Below are positions 27,737 to 37,016 of a DNA stretch of 64,000 nucleotides, piece after piece. A model generated the notes under the pieces. That model saw only the letters and a program-made list of their open reading frames with translations, was not told where the DNA came from and made no database searches. The stretch's first letter is position 1; every line of letters begins with the position of its first letter. The stretch covers positions 17,891 to 81,890 of the forward strand of contig JARLGZ010000278.1 of assembly GCA_031292515.1 (NCBI GenBank), given 5' to 3'. This DNA comes from Puia sp. Lineage in GTDB: Bacteria > Bacteroidota > Bacteroidia > Chitinophagales > Chitinophagaceae. Both the position numbers and the translations under genes were made by a program.

Positions 27737-27758
27737 GGGTTGTTTCGGGGTTGTTTCG
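27737..27758 (+). repeat. 11-nt perfect tandem repeat
   Basis: GGGTTGTTTCG GGGTTGTTTCG, located 60 nt upstream of the ATG at 27818. Confidence 0.85.
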
Positions 27759-27817
27759 TTTTTCGCACCAAGTCGAATTCAACCCGTATTTTTAATTCCC
27801 TGATTTTTAAACCCTGT

Positions 27818-29803
27818 ATGAGATACCTGCCTGTTTTATTGTTTTTGCTCGCTGGCCATGGGCTGTTGGCCCAGACCTGCACCGGTGGGTTAGGAGATCC
27901 GATCATTGATATCAATTTTGGGGCGGGCCCCAATTTCGGGCCGGCCCTGGCATCCGGTATCACGAATCTGCAGTACGTCACGGATCAATGCCCCGAGGAC
28001 GGATATTATACGATCGCCAGCAGCGTCAACGGCTGTTTTAGCGGGACCTGGCTGAATCTGAATTCCGATCATACGGGTAATCCGAATGGTTATTTCATGC
28101 TGATCAATGCTTCGTACCAACCCAGCCAGTTTTTCGTGCAGACTGTCACCGGTCTTTGTGCAGGCACGACCTATCAGTTTGCGGCCTGGGTGCTAAACCT
28201 CGCTTCCCATACCGGGCAGATACTCCCCAATATCACTTTCAGCATCGAAAGTACGGATGGGACACTCCTGGACAGCGTTCATACCGGAAATATACCGGTG
28301 ACAAACCCGGCAAATTGGACACAGTATGGCTTTTATTTTACCACTCCCCCCAATGTGACAACGGTCATTCTCCGGATGAACAACAATGCTCCCGGCGGAG
28401 TGGGCAACGACCTGGCGCTGGACGATATCACCTTCAGGCCGGCCGGTCCCGCTATGACCCTGGCGGTAAACGGGCAAGCTGTCGACAGCATCACTGTCTG
28501 CGCCAATAGTCCCCAGGCGCTGAATTTCGCGGCCACTGTCGGAAGCTGTTATTCTTCGACCGCCCTGCAATGGCAGGAGAGCACGGACAACGGCGCTACC
28601 TGGGCCGACCTGCCCGGCGCCGTCAATAAGGCCTATTCGGTGCAGCCGGGTACGGCCGGTGTGAATTTATATCGCATCACGGCCGCTCAATCCGGTAATA
28701 TCGGTCTTTCTACCTGCAGGGTCGCTTCCGCGTCGGTGACTGTCGACGTCCTGAGAATTCCCAGCCCATCTGTCACCATCTCCGATTCTTCCGATGCGAT
28801 CTGCGCCAATACGCCGGCTACTTTTACCGCGTTGTCCGTTGACGGAGGCGCCACTCCTTCTTATCAATGGTCGTTGAACGGGTCGCCCGTATCTTCATCC
28901 GGGCCGTCCTATACCGGCGAGGCCTTCGCTGACGGGGATCAGGTCAATGTCGTGATGACCAGCGACGCGGTCTGTGTATTGAATCCCTCGGCCGTTTCGA
29001 ATACCATCACCCTGGCCGTGACCCCCGATATCGTCTCTTCGGTGGAAGTCACCGCCTCCGCTACCACGATCTGCAGCGACAGCGTCGTGCGTTTTGCCGC
29101 CACTCCGTTTAACGGCGGCGCCAATCCGGCTTACCAATGGATGGTGAACAATACCGTCTCCGGCGCCGATGCACCCTACTATTCATCGGGAGGGCTCGAA
29201 GACGGAGATCTGGTCAGCGTGGTGATGACCGGCAGCCTGCGTTGTTCTTTTCCCGTATCTTCCAACATCGTCACGATGACGGTCTATCCCACACCTGCAA
29301 TCGTCCTGACGCCGGATACCGTCGTTGCTCCCAGGAGCAGCTTTCTCCTGGATCCCCTGACCACCGGGCAGATCGCTGAATATGCGTGGAGCCCCGCAGC
29401 GGGATTGGACAACCCGGCTTCTCCCAATCCTGTCGCCTCGCCGGACACCACAACGGTCTATCAACTCCGTGTCGTGACCCCTGATGGATGCGCCGCGTCT
29501 GCAAAAGAGATTGTCGCCGTGTTTTATGATTTTCTCATGCCGAGCGCCTTTACGCCGAACGGGGACGGACGGAACGATTTTTTCAGGGTGCCACCTTCTA
29601 TACCGGTAACCCTCATCCGAATTTCGGTATACAACCGATTGGGGAGGTTGCTTTTTGCCGCCGGAAACGGCGGAGCCGGCTGGGATGGCCGGTTCGAAGG
29701 CAGGCTGCAGCCCCCGGGGACCTATGTATGGGTTGTCGAATATGAAGATCCGCTGACCAAAAAACAGGTGACAAGAAACGGAACGGTCGAATTGATCCGT
29801 TGA
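27818..29803 (+). CDS. T9SS type-B C-terminal-domain cargo protein with N-terminal lectin/CBM-like domain and Ig-like repeats
   Basis: Start at MRYLPVLLFLLAGHGLLAQ (signal peptide). The C-terminus reads SAFTPNGDGRNDFFRV...VYNRLGRLLF...GWDGRF...GTYVWVVEY...GTVELIR. There are internal repeats with P(S/A)YQW..NG. Confidence 0.85.
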   Translation: MRYLPVLLFLLAGHGLLAQTCTGGLGDPIIDINFGAGPNFGPALASGITNLQYVTDQCPEDGYYTIASSVNGCFSGTWLNLNSDHTGNPNGYFMLINASYQPSQFFVQTVTGLCAGTTYQFAAWVLNLASHTGQILPNITFSIESTDGTLLDSVHTGNIPVTNPANWTQYGFYFTTPPNVTTVILRMNNNAPGGVGNDLALDDITFRPAGPAMTLAVNGQAVDSITVCANSPQALNFAATVGSCYSSTALQWQESTDNGATWADLPGAVNKAYSVQPGTAGVNLYRITAAQSGNIGLSTCRVASASVTVDVLRIPSPSVTISDSSDAICANTPATFTALSVDGGATPSYQWSLNGSPVSSSGPSYTGEAFADGDQVNVVMTSDAVCVLNPSAVSNTITLAVTPDIVSSVEVTASATTICSDSVVRFAATPFNGGANPAYQWMVNNTVSGADAPYYSSGGLEDGDLVSVVMTGSLRCSFPVSSNIVTMTVYPTPAIVLTPDTVVAPRSSFLLDPLTTGQIAEYAWSPAAGLDNPASPNPVASPDTTTVYQLRVVTPDGCAASAKEIVAVFYDFLMPSAFTPNGDGRNDFFRVPPSIPVTLIRISVYNRLGRLLFAAGNGGAGWDGRFEGRLQPPGTYVWVVEYEDPLTKKQVTRNGTVELIR

Positions 29804-29836
29804 TCGGCGCTATTTCCGTCGCGCAGGCAGAAATCT

Positions 29837-30241
29837 TTGGATGGATATTTCACGAAGACTATCTTTGTCGCGTTGAAATATATATCGGCCATATTGCTAT
29901 TAGCTGGTATGCTCGGACAAACGTTCAGCAAGAATATCCTCGTCCTGGATTACCAGTGCAATAAGAAGTTCATCGCCGCCAATCTCTGCGAAAACAAGGA
30001 TAAGCCGGATCTGAAGTGCGAAGGCAAATGTTATCTCTGCAAAAAAATCAAGACGGAAGATAAAAAAGAGCAGGAGAACCCCGAAAGAAGGGCAGAAAGC
30101 AAATTCGAATCCGTTCCGTTCGCGCAGGCTTTTTGCATGATCCATCCCGACGGGTCCCTTTTGTCTGTCCGTTATCCTCTCTTACACGAAAGCATTCATA
30201 GCTCCTACACCGTTTCTTTCTTTCATCCCCCTCAGTGTTAA
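29837..30241 (+). CDS. Small Cys-rich membrane protein, unknown function
   Basis: One N-terminal TM helix, then QCNKKFIAANLCENKDKPDLKCEGKCYLCKK (6 Cys in 31 aa) and a C-terminal FFHPPQC. The only upstream in-frame start is TTG at 29837 and the first ATG is codon 25, so the start is uncertain. Confidence 0.5.
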   Translation: MDGYFTKTIFVALKYISAILLLAGMLGQTFSKNILVLDYQCNKKFIAANLCENKDKPDLKCEGKCYLCKKIKTEDKKEQENPERRAESKFESVPFAQAFCMIHPDGSLLSVRYPLLHESIHSSYTVSFFHPPQC

Positions 30242-30392
30242 ATGGGTTGTGCATTTCAGGGAATCATCCTGTATACGTGGTTGTTCTATATACATACGTG
30301 ACCCTTTCGCTTACGCGGGTGTCTGCCGGGTGTCCGGCATTCAATTAATGCTATTCAATAATTTATTTCTTCTCTCATTCAATCGAAAAAAA

Positions 30393-30770
30393 ATGAAAAG
30401 AATCATCTTTTTGATCGGCTCGATCTGCCTGTCCCTTTGCGCGCCGGCGCAACAGCACGCCTGGAAGGAAATGGAGAGCTTCCATGAATTAGTGGGTGCC
30501 GTATTGCATCCGGTTGAAATGGGGAATCTGCGTCCGGTAAAGGAGAAAAGCGCGGCCCTGCTGGCAGGCGCAATGCAGTGGCAGGCTTCGGCGATCCCTC
30601 CCGACTGTAACTATCCGGCATTAAAAACCGACCTGGTGGATTTGGTAAAACATTGTAAAGACCTGGATGAGGCGGTGAGGATGAAAAGGAGTAATGACCA
30701 GTTAAAAAAGCTGGCGATTGGGATACATAACCAATACCACCGGATGGCCGACGCCGTGAAGAAGGCCTGA
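30393..30770 (+). CDS. Small secreted helical protein, unknown function
   Basis: Start chosen at MKRIIFLIGSICLSLCAPAQQ (signal peptide). 125 aa, with predicted helical, His/Cys-containing composition. Confidence 0.5.
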   Translation: MKRIIFLIGSICLSLCAPAQQHAWKEMESFHELVGAVLHPVEMGNLRPVKEKSAALLAGAMQWQASAIPPDCNYPALKTDLVDLVKHCKDLDEAVRMKRSNDQLKKLAIGIHNQYHRMADAVKKA

Positions 30771-30815
30771 CCACGAAACAACTATTATCAGAATCCACCT
30801 GTCAGACATATTTTT

Positions 30816-33194
30816 ATGAGAAATTTTTTTTTGGGAGCTGTTTTTAGCAGGGATGTTTTTATAAGAAATATTTCTACAAGAAAGGCTCGTTTCAGAACTG
30901 CCCCTTGCGTGTTTTGTGTTTCCCTGATGCTCGTATCCTCGCTACCGGCATTTTCCCAGTTGGTGATCAAAGGCAGGGTGATCGATAAAAATACCCGTTT
31001 GCCCATCGAATATGCCGTTGTCAGCATCCCCGTAAAGGGGGCGGCCACTGCTCACAGGACGATCGATGCCATCACCGATCAACAGGGGAATTTCGAACTC
31101 CGGCTAAAGGATGCGGGAACGGGAGAGACGGGTGACTCTCTACGGGTCTCCTTTGTAGGATACCGTTCGACTGCGCTGGCCTGGATGGGATCCCGGGGAA
31201 GACAGGATCATTCCCGGCCGCTGCTTATCGAGATGGAAAGGGGGCCCGTGGACATGAAAGCCGTGACCATCGTACCCTTGTCCAATAATGCCTCTTTTCA
31301 TACGATCAGCGGAATAGATCTCAATCTGCGGCCGGTAAATTCGGCGCAGGACCTGATGCGGCTGGTGCCCGGTCTCTTCCTGATGCAGCACCAGGGCGGG
31401 GGAATTGCCGAGCATATCTTTCTGAGGGGCTTCGATGCGGATCACGGAACCGATGTCAGTGTCTCGGTGGACGACATGCCGTTGAATCTCGTTTCTCATG
31501 TGCATGGACAGGGGTTCTCCGATCTCCACTTTGTGATCCCGGAGCTGGTCAACAACTATGAATATGGGAAGGGTCCTTATTATACCGATCATGGGGATTT
31601 CACCACCGCCGGCTATGTGGCATTTCACACGGCGGATGTCCTGGATAGAAGCGAGGTAAAGGTCGAAGGCGGAGCCTTCAATACGGGACGTGTAATGGCG
31701 ATGGTGAACCTGCTGGGCAGCAAGGCCCGGCATCGGGATGAGAGCGCCTATATCGCCGGCGAAGCGGCCTACACAGACGGGCCTTATGATTACGCCCAGC
31801 ATTTCAACCGCGTCAACCTCTTTGGAAAATACAATGTCGCCCTTTCGCCAAAAGATAAACTGAAAATCACCCTCTCTACTTTTAGCAGCGATTGGCGTTC
31901 CTCCGGGGAAATTCCCGAACGTGCGGTATCCGAAGGACTGATCAGCCGCTGGGGATATATCGACAGCGCCCAGGGAGGATATACCAGCAGGACCACCGCG
32001 ATTGCGAGACTGACCTCTTCGTTGTCGGATCATCTGGCCCTGGAGAACCAGGTCTATTACGCCCGCTATTTCTTCAACCTGCATTATGACGAGACTTTCT
32101 TTGCCGACGATCCCGTCAACGGAGACCAGTTGCGCCAGCGCGAATCGAGGAATCTCTATGGCTATAACGGCAAGCTTACACATCATGCCTATTTTCAGGG
32201 AGACGGCGATCTGACTTCGACTTTTGGTCTGGGATGGCAGTACAACCATATCGACGGCAGTTCCCTCAGCCATACAAAGGACTATAATGACGTGTTGCAA
32301 TACATCCAATATGGAAACGTCCGGGAGACCGCGTTTAATGGTTATCTTGACGAAAGCTACCGGAAAGGCCGGTGGTTGTTCAATGCAGGGGTGAGACTGG
32401 ACTATCTCAATTTTGACTATCTGGACAAGCTAAATCCGCAACAACCTTCCCGGAGCAAGACCATAGCGAGCCCTAAACTGAACGTGGCCTATACAGCCGA
32501 CGAGAACGTGCAACTGTATATCAAAACGGGGAAAGGTTTCCATTCCAACGATGCCAAAGTAGTGGCCGCCAACCGGGGTCTGGACGTCCTGCCGGCAGCC
32601 TATGGCGCCGACCTGGGCATCAACTGGAAACCGGTGCCGCACCTGTTCATCAATACGGCGCTGTGGTATCTGTACCTGCAACAGGAATTCGTATACAACG
32701 GCGACGACGGTACTTTCAGCCCGGGCGACAAGACCCGGCGGGAGGGGATAGATGTCTCCGCGCGATACCAGTTCACCAACTGGCTATTCGCCAATTTCGA
32801 TATCAATATCTGCAGGGCGAGGGATATCCAGGCTGCTAAGGGAGAAAATTATCTGCCGCTCTCGGTACCGCTTTCCAGCACGGGAGGGCTCTATTTCAGG
32901 CTGCCTATGGGGTTGAATGGCGGGATCAGCTATAAATACCTGAAAGACCGGCCGGCAAATGAAGACAACTCGCTCGTTGCAAAGGGCAATTTCCTAACCG
33001 ACCTATCGGCCAACTACACAAAGAAGAAGTATGAGATCGGTCTGGAGATACAGAACCTGTTTAACACGAAATGGGAAGATGCCCAGTATGAAGTGGTGTC
33101 CCGGTTGAAAAACGAACCGCAGCCTGTGGACGATATCAGCTTTACGCCGGGTATGCCTTTTTTTGCAAAGCTGAAGCTGGCCTTATTCTTCTGA
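30816..33194 (+). CDS. TonB-dependent receptor with N-terminal carboxypeptidase-regulatory-like domain
   Basis: VIKGRVIDKNTRLPIEYAVVSI (CarboxypepD_reg), then plug-like LMRLVPGLFLMQHQGGG...IFLRGFD. The long beta-barrel region ends in the terminal aromatic LALFF. Confidence 0.9.
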   Translation: MRNFFLGAVFSRDVFIRNISTRKARFRTAPCVFCVSLMLVSSLPAFSQLVIKGRVIDKNTRLPIEYAVVSIPVKGAATAHRTIDAITDQQGNFELRLKDAGTGETGDSLRVSFVGYRSTALAWMGSRGRQDHSRPLLIEMERGPVDMKAVTIVPLSNNASFHTISGIDLNLRPVNSAQDLMRLVPGLFLMQHQGGGIAEHIFLRGFDADHGTDVSVSVDDMPLNLVSHVHGQGFSDLHFVIPELVNNYEYGKGPYYTDHGDFTTAGYVAFHTADVLDRSEVKVEGGAFNTGRVMAMVNLLGSKARHRDESAYIAGEAAYTDGPYDYAQHFNRVNLFGKYNVALSPKDKLKITLSTFSSDWRSSGEIPERAVSEGLISRWGYIDSAQGGYTSRTTAIARLTSSLSDHLALENQVYYARYFFNLHYDETFFADDPVNGDQLRQRESRNLYGYNGKLTHHAYFQGDGDLTSTFGLGWQYNHIDGSSLSHTKDYNDVLQYIQYGNVRETAFNGYLDESYRKGRWLFNAGVRLDYLNFDYLDKLNPQQPSRSKTIASPKLNVAYTADENVQLYIKTGKGFHSNDAKVVAANRGLDVLPAAYGADLGINWKPVPHLFINTALWYLYLQQEFVYNGDDGTFSPGDKTRREGIDVSARYQFTNWLFANFDINICRARDIQAAKGENYLPLSVPLSSTGGLYFRLPMGLNGGISYKYLKDRPANEDNSLVAKGNFLTDLSANYTKKKYEIGLEIQNLFNTKWEDAQYEVVSRLKNEPQPVDDISFTPGMPFFAKLKLALFF

Positions 33195-33233
33195 TGCCTG
33201 AAAATATATTCAATACAAAAAAACATTTCAACG

Positions 33234-33608
33234 ATGACACCGCCAATTTATTCCCGCATCGCGTTTCTGTTAGCAGGCTTCTTCCTGTTTACATTCCTAT
33301 CCTGTCAGAACGGTCCCGCCGCAACGCCGGCGGCGGCCAAAGACAGCATGCCCGGAGCTATCCCGCCAGCACCGGGCGCCCATGCGGGTGCCGTCTCCGG
33401 GGCGGGAGCCGCTAAGGAGACCAGACAGGATCTGAGGCAGCTGCACCTGAGTTTTGCGATCCCCAAGGATCCATCCTGCGGGATGCCGCTCACGGCTGGC
33501 CTGGAAGACACGCTTCGTTACAAAGGGAAGCTCTACGGGTTTTGCTCAAAAGAGTGCAAGGAGGCTTTTCTAAAAGACCCGGCAGCTGCTCTGGCGGGTG
33601 CAAAATAG
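33234..33608 (+). CDS. YHS/TRASH-like domain lipoprotein
   Basis: The lipobox is FLSC. C-terminal DPSCGMPL...YKGKLYGFCSKECKEAFLKDP resembles the YHS metal-binding domain. Confidence 0.65.
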   Translation: MTPPIYSRIAFLLAGFFLFTFLSCQNGPAATPAAAKDSMPGAIPPAPGAHAGAVSGAGAAKETRQDLRQLHLSFAIPKDPSCGMPLTAGLEDTLRYKGKLYGFCSKECKEAFLKDPAAALAGAK

Positions 33609-33622
33609 GAGGCGCGCTTTCC

Positions 33623-33652
33623 GGTGGACGGGACGTCCGCCTTTTGTTTTTT
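33623..33652 (+). terminator. Intrinsic terminator closing the TonB-receptor operon
   Basis: GGTGGACG-GGA-CGTCCGCC stem (one G-U pair) followed by TTTTGTTTTTTG, 15 nt after the stop at 33608. Confidence 0.7.
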
Positions 33653-33743
33653 GTGAGCGATGCTCAGTATTTGTGCATTGATTATTTACATGCAGCTTCT
33701 CGTAAATGCCGGAGATATACTTGCACACGGTAAAAATGAACGA

Positions 33744-33783
33744 AATAAGCGTCTGTAACCATGAATAAGCGTCTGTACCCATA
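33744..33783 (+). repeat. 20-nt-period tandem direct repeat (2 copies)
   Basis: AATAAGCGTCTGTAACCATG / AATAAGCGTCTGTACCCATA. The 19-nt core has one mismatch. It lies about 220 nt upstream of the hybrid kinase ATG. Confidence 0.85.
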
Positions 33784-34002
33784 ATTTTTCAGCGAGATGG
33801 GCGCTTTCCGCGCTGCTTAAAAAAACAATCTGGTCCACGCTAAGTACATATACTTATTATCTCTAAATACTACTGATAATAAGACCCCTGCAGAAATCGC
33901 CGAAGGATTCCTTCGTTATAATCCAGGATATCGCGGCAATAAGACTGTTTTTCTATTTGGTTACCGGCCACTAATAGAATATGTATAAATATAATATTTA
34001 AT

Positions 34003-36981
34003 ATGTATAGGACCGTACACCGAAAAATCAGTTGGCTTTTTCTGTTTTCGGTATTTTGTCTCTGCCTGGTCGGCAGGCTGATCTTGCTGAACAAACAGGA
34101 TGCGGAGAAGACGGGTTTCCGGATCAATCACACCTGGGAGATTATCGGCGCCCTCGACCAGATAAACGACCTCGTTTCCGAATCCCAGGTGGCCGCCTTT
34201 GGATATATCATCAGCGCCGACGGTGCCTGGAAATCACAGCTTCTCCAGACACGCAAAAATCTGCAACAGGAATTGGGAAGATTGCAGCAAATCACCGGAG
34301 ACAATGCCATTCAACAGAAGAATTGGGAATCGCTGATAAGCCTTCTCGAACAAAAACAACTCATCGAAGACAGCCTATCGGATTCGAAGAATCCTGTATT
34401 CGAAAATGACCGCCGGTTTTCATTTGGTCTGCGGATACAACACACTACGAGAGCTATAAAATCCGCCCTCTATGCGATGAAAGACGAGGAGGCCAATCTT
34501 CTTGCCGAGAGCCAAAGCTTGGGCAGGCTGGTACATACAAAGGCCATGTGGGCCCTGGTGACGGGAAGCCTGCTCACCTTTATGTTTGTCATCGTCATCC
34601 TCGTTCAGCTCAACAAGGACATCACCTTGCGTAAAAAAGCGGAGCAGGGACTTCACCAGAATGAATTGAAATACCGGAACCTGGTTGAAAATGCCGCCGC
34701 GGTCATTTATTCGACGGATAGCCAGGGGCATATCAATTTCTCGAGTGAAAAAGCCACCGAACTGACGGGGTATACCGTTGAAGAGTTGAAGGGCAGACAT
34801 TTCGCCTCGCTCGTCGATCCTTCTTTCCTGGACAGGGTAGTGGCCAACTATGCCAATCAGTTCAAGACGGGGACCGTCGAAACTTCCATGGTTTTTTTGA
34901 TCGTCACAAAAAACGGCGAAAAGAAATGGGTGGAGCAGTCCGCCGTCCTGTTGATGGAAAAAGACATCAGGCTGGGCTTCCAATGTTTCGTCAAGGATAT
35001 CTCAGAAAAGAAGCAAATGCAACTGGAACTCGAAGCCTCCGAATTCAAGCTGAAGGAGAACCAGCTCTGGCTGCAATCGATCCTCGACAACACGACCTCC
35101 CTGATCTTTATCAAAGACCTTTCGGGCAGGTATATTCTGATCAATAAGCGGTTCAAGGAAATTCTTGGTGTGGAAGAGGACCAGGTGATCCACAAAACGG
35201 ACTATGACCTGACCAGCCGGGAACTGGCCGATCATTACAAGATGCTCGATGAAGAGGTGATCCGGACGGGCAGATCCGTGGAAAGAGAAGAGCTGGTCCG
35301 GACGACGGGCGGCGACCGGAACCTGCTCCTGATAAAATTCCCCCTGCTGGACGGAAACAATAAGGTGTTTGGCGTCAGCGGTATCGCCACCGACATCACC
35401 GAGCGAGCGCATTATCAGCAGGAACTGATCAAAGCGACAAAAGAGGCCGAAGAGGCACGGCAGATGCAGGAACAGTTCCTGGCCAATATGAGCCACGAGA
35501 TCAGGACGCCCATGAACGGGATACAGGGAATGACCAATCTCCTGCTCGATACCTCTTTGAGCGAACAACAGGCCGAATTCGCCCATATCATCCGGCGATC
35601 CACCGGCAACCTGCTCGTCATTATCAATGATATACTGGACTTTTCAAAGATCAAGGCCGGCAAGCTGACCATCGAAAAGATAGATTTCAACCTCCAGGAC
35701 GTGCTCAGCAATGCGCAGGCCGTTTTTTCGCATCGCCTGTTAAAAAACAACCTGGATTTCCGGATCGAGCTGGATCCTTCCATACCGGATCTGCTGAGAG
35801 GCGACCCTCACCGGCTAAACCAGGTCCTCATAAACCTGATCGGCAATGCTATCAAATTTACGGAGCACGGATCCATACGGGTAGCCGTCAGCCGGCTCAC
35901 GCAAACCGACACCGGGGTGGTCCTCCGGTTTTCTGTATCGGATACCGGTATCGGCATCAGCGAGGAGGACCTGCCGCATATTTTTGAAAGCTTTTCGCAG
36001 GCGGGTCTCGATATCTCCCGGCGGTATGGCGGAACCGGTCTCGGCCTGGCCATCTGCAACCAGCTGCTGAAATTGCAGAAAGGTGACATCAGCGTTACCA
36101 GCGTCACGGGGCAGGGATCGTCTTTTAATTTCCGTATCCCTTACGAATACAGCAACCGGCAATCGGGTCAACCTGTCCTGGCAAAGGTTTATGACTATGC
36201 CGGCCTATTGGCCGGCAAGCGTTTCCTGGTAGCGGAGGATAATGAAGTCAATCAAAAGCTGATCGAATATGTGTTAAGAAAGGTGGGCGGCATTGTCCGG
36301 CTTGCGGGCAACGGCGAACAAGCTATCCGGGAATTGCAGCAGGATGCCGGTTATGATATCATCATCATGGACCTCCAGATGCCCGTTATGGATGGATATG
36401 CGGCTACCCGGCACATTCGGACGGTGCTGCGCCTGGAAACACCGATCATCGCCATGACGGCTACGGCGCTCAAAGGGGAACAACTGCGCTGCTTCGAAGC
36501 CGGGATGAACGAATACATGACCAAACCGTTTGAATTTACGGAGCTCTATAAATGCATCGGCAGCCTGCTGGGAAAAAAAGAGACTGCCTTATCTCCCGTC
36601 CCGGCGGCGATCCAGGAGAAAACGGCAGAGAAGCCATATGATCTCGCCTTACTCGAAGAAATGGACGATAAGGAATACCTGCTGGACATGCTGAACCTGT
36701 TCCTGACCAATATGCCCGTCCAATTGGAGGAACTGGTGCAGGCGTCTGGGCGGCAGGATTTTGACAAAGTATTCAGCGTTGCCCATAAATTAAAAGGGAC
36801 TGCCGGCATGCTTCGTACGCAGGCATTGATGGATCAGCTCGTCAGGATCGAAACCGGGTCCCGTGAGAGGATGGATACATCCGGGATGGTCCGGAGGGCT
36901 GCGGATCTTTTCACTCAGCTCGAAGGATTGCTGCAGGAAGAAAAATCAAGGGTCGAGGGCATGCTTGGAAAAGTCGTTTAA
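34003..36981 (+). CDS. Hybrid sensor histidine kinase: TM-CHASE3-TM, 2x PAS, HisKA, HATPase_c, REC, Hpt
   Basis: The CHASE3-like periplasmic segment (INHTWEIIGALDQINDLVSESQVAAFGYII...) is bracketed by two TM helices. H-box FLANMSHEIRTPMNGI; G-boxes DTGIGI and GGTGLGLAIC; receiver RFLVAEDNEVNQ...IIIMDLQMPVMDG...IIAMTA; Hpt AHKLKGTAGML. Confidence 0.95.
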   Translation: MYRTVHRKISWLFLFSVFCLCLVGRLILLNKQDAEKTGFRINHTWEIIGALDQINDLVSESQVAAFGYIISADGAWKSQLLQTRKNLQQELGRLQQITGDNAIQQKNWESLISLLEQKQLIEDSLSDSKNPVFENDRRFSFGLRIQHTTRAIKSALYAMKDEEANLLAESQSLGRLVHTKAMWALVTGSLLTFMFVIVILVQLNKDITLRKKAEQGLHQNELKYRNLVENAAAVIYSTDSQGHINFSSEKATELTGYTVEELKGRHFASLVDPSFLDRVVANYANQFKTGTVETSMVFLIVTKNGEKKWVEQSAVLLMEKDIRLGFQCFVKDISEKKQMQLELEASEFKLKENQLWLQSILDNTTSLIFIKDLSGRYILINKRFKEILGVEEDQVIHKTDYDLTSRELADHYKMLDEEVIRTGRSVEREELVRTTGGDRNLLLIKFPLLDGNNKVFGVSGIATDITERAHYQQELIKATKEAEEARQMQEQFLANMSHEIRTPMNGIQGMTNLLLDTSLSEQQAEFAHIIRRSTGNLLVIINDILDFSKIKAGKLTIEKIDFNLQDVLSNAQAVFSHRLLKNNLDFRIELDPSIPDLLRGDPHRLNQVLINLIGNAIKFTEHGSIRVAVSRLTQTDTGVVLRFSVSDTGIGISEEDLPHIFESFSQAGLDISRRYGGTGLGLAICNQLLKLQKGDISVTSVTGQGSSFNFRIPYEYSNRQSGQPVLAKVYDYAGLLAGKRFLVAEDNEVNQKLIEYVLRKVGGIVRLAGNGEQAIRELQQDAGYDIIIMDLQMPVMDGYAATRHIRTVLRLETPIIAMTATALKGEQLRCFEAGMNEYMTKPFEFTELYKCIGSLLGKKETALSPVPAAIQEKTAEKPYDLALLEEMDDKEYLLDMLNLFLTNMPVQLEELVQASGRQDFDKVFSVAHKLKGTAGMLRTQALMDQLVRIETGSRERMDTSGMVRRAADLFTQLEGLLQEEKSRVEGMLGKVV

Positions 36982-37016
36982 TCCCGGTTGATAAATCCCG
37001 TAAACTATATATTCTT

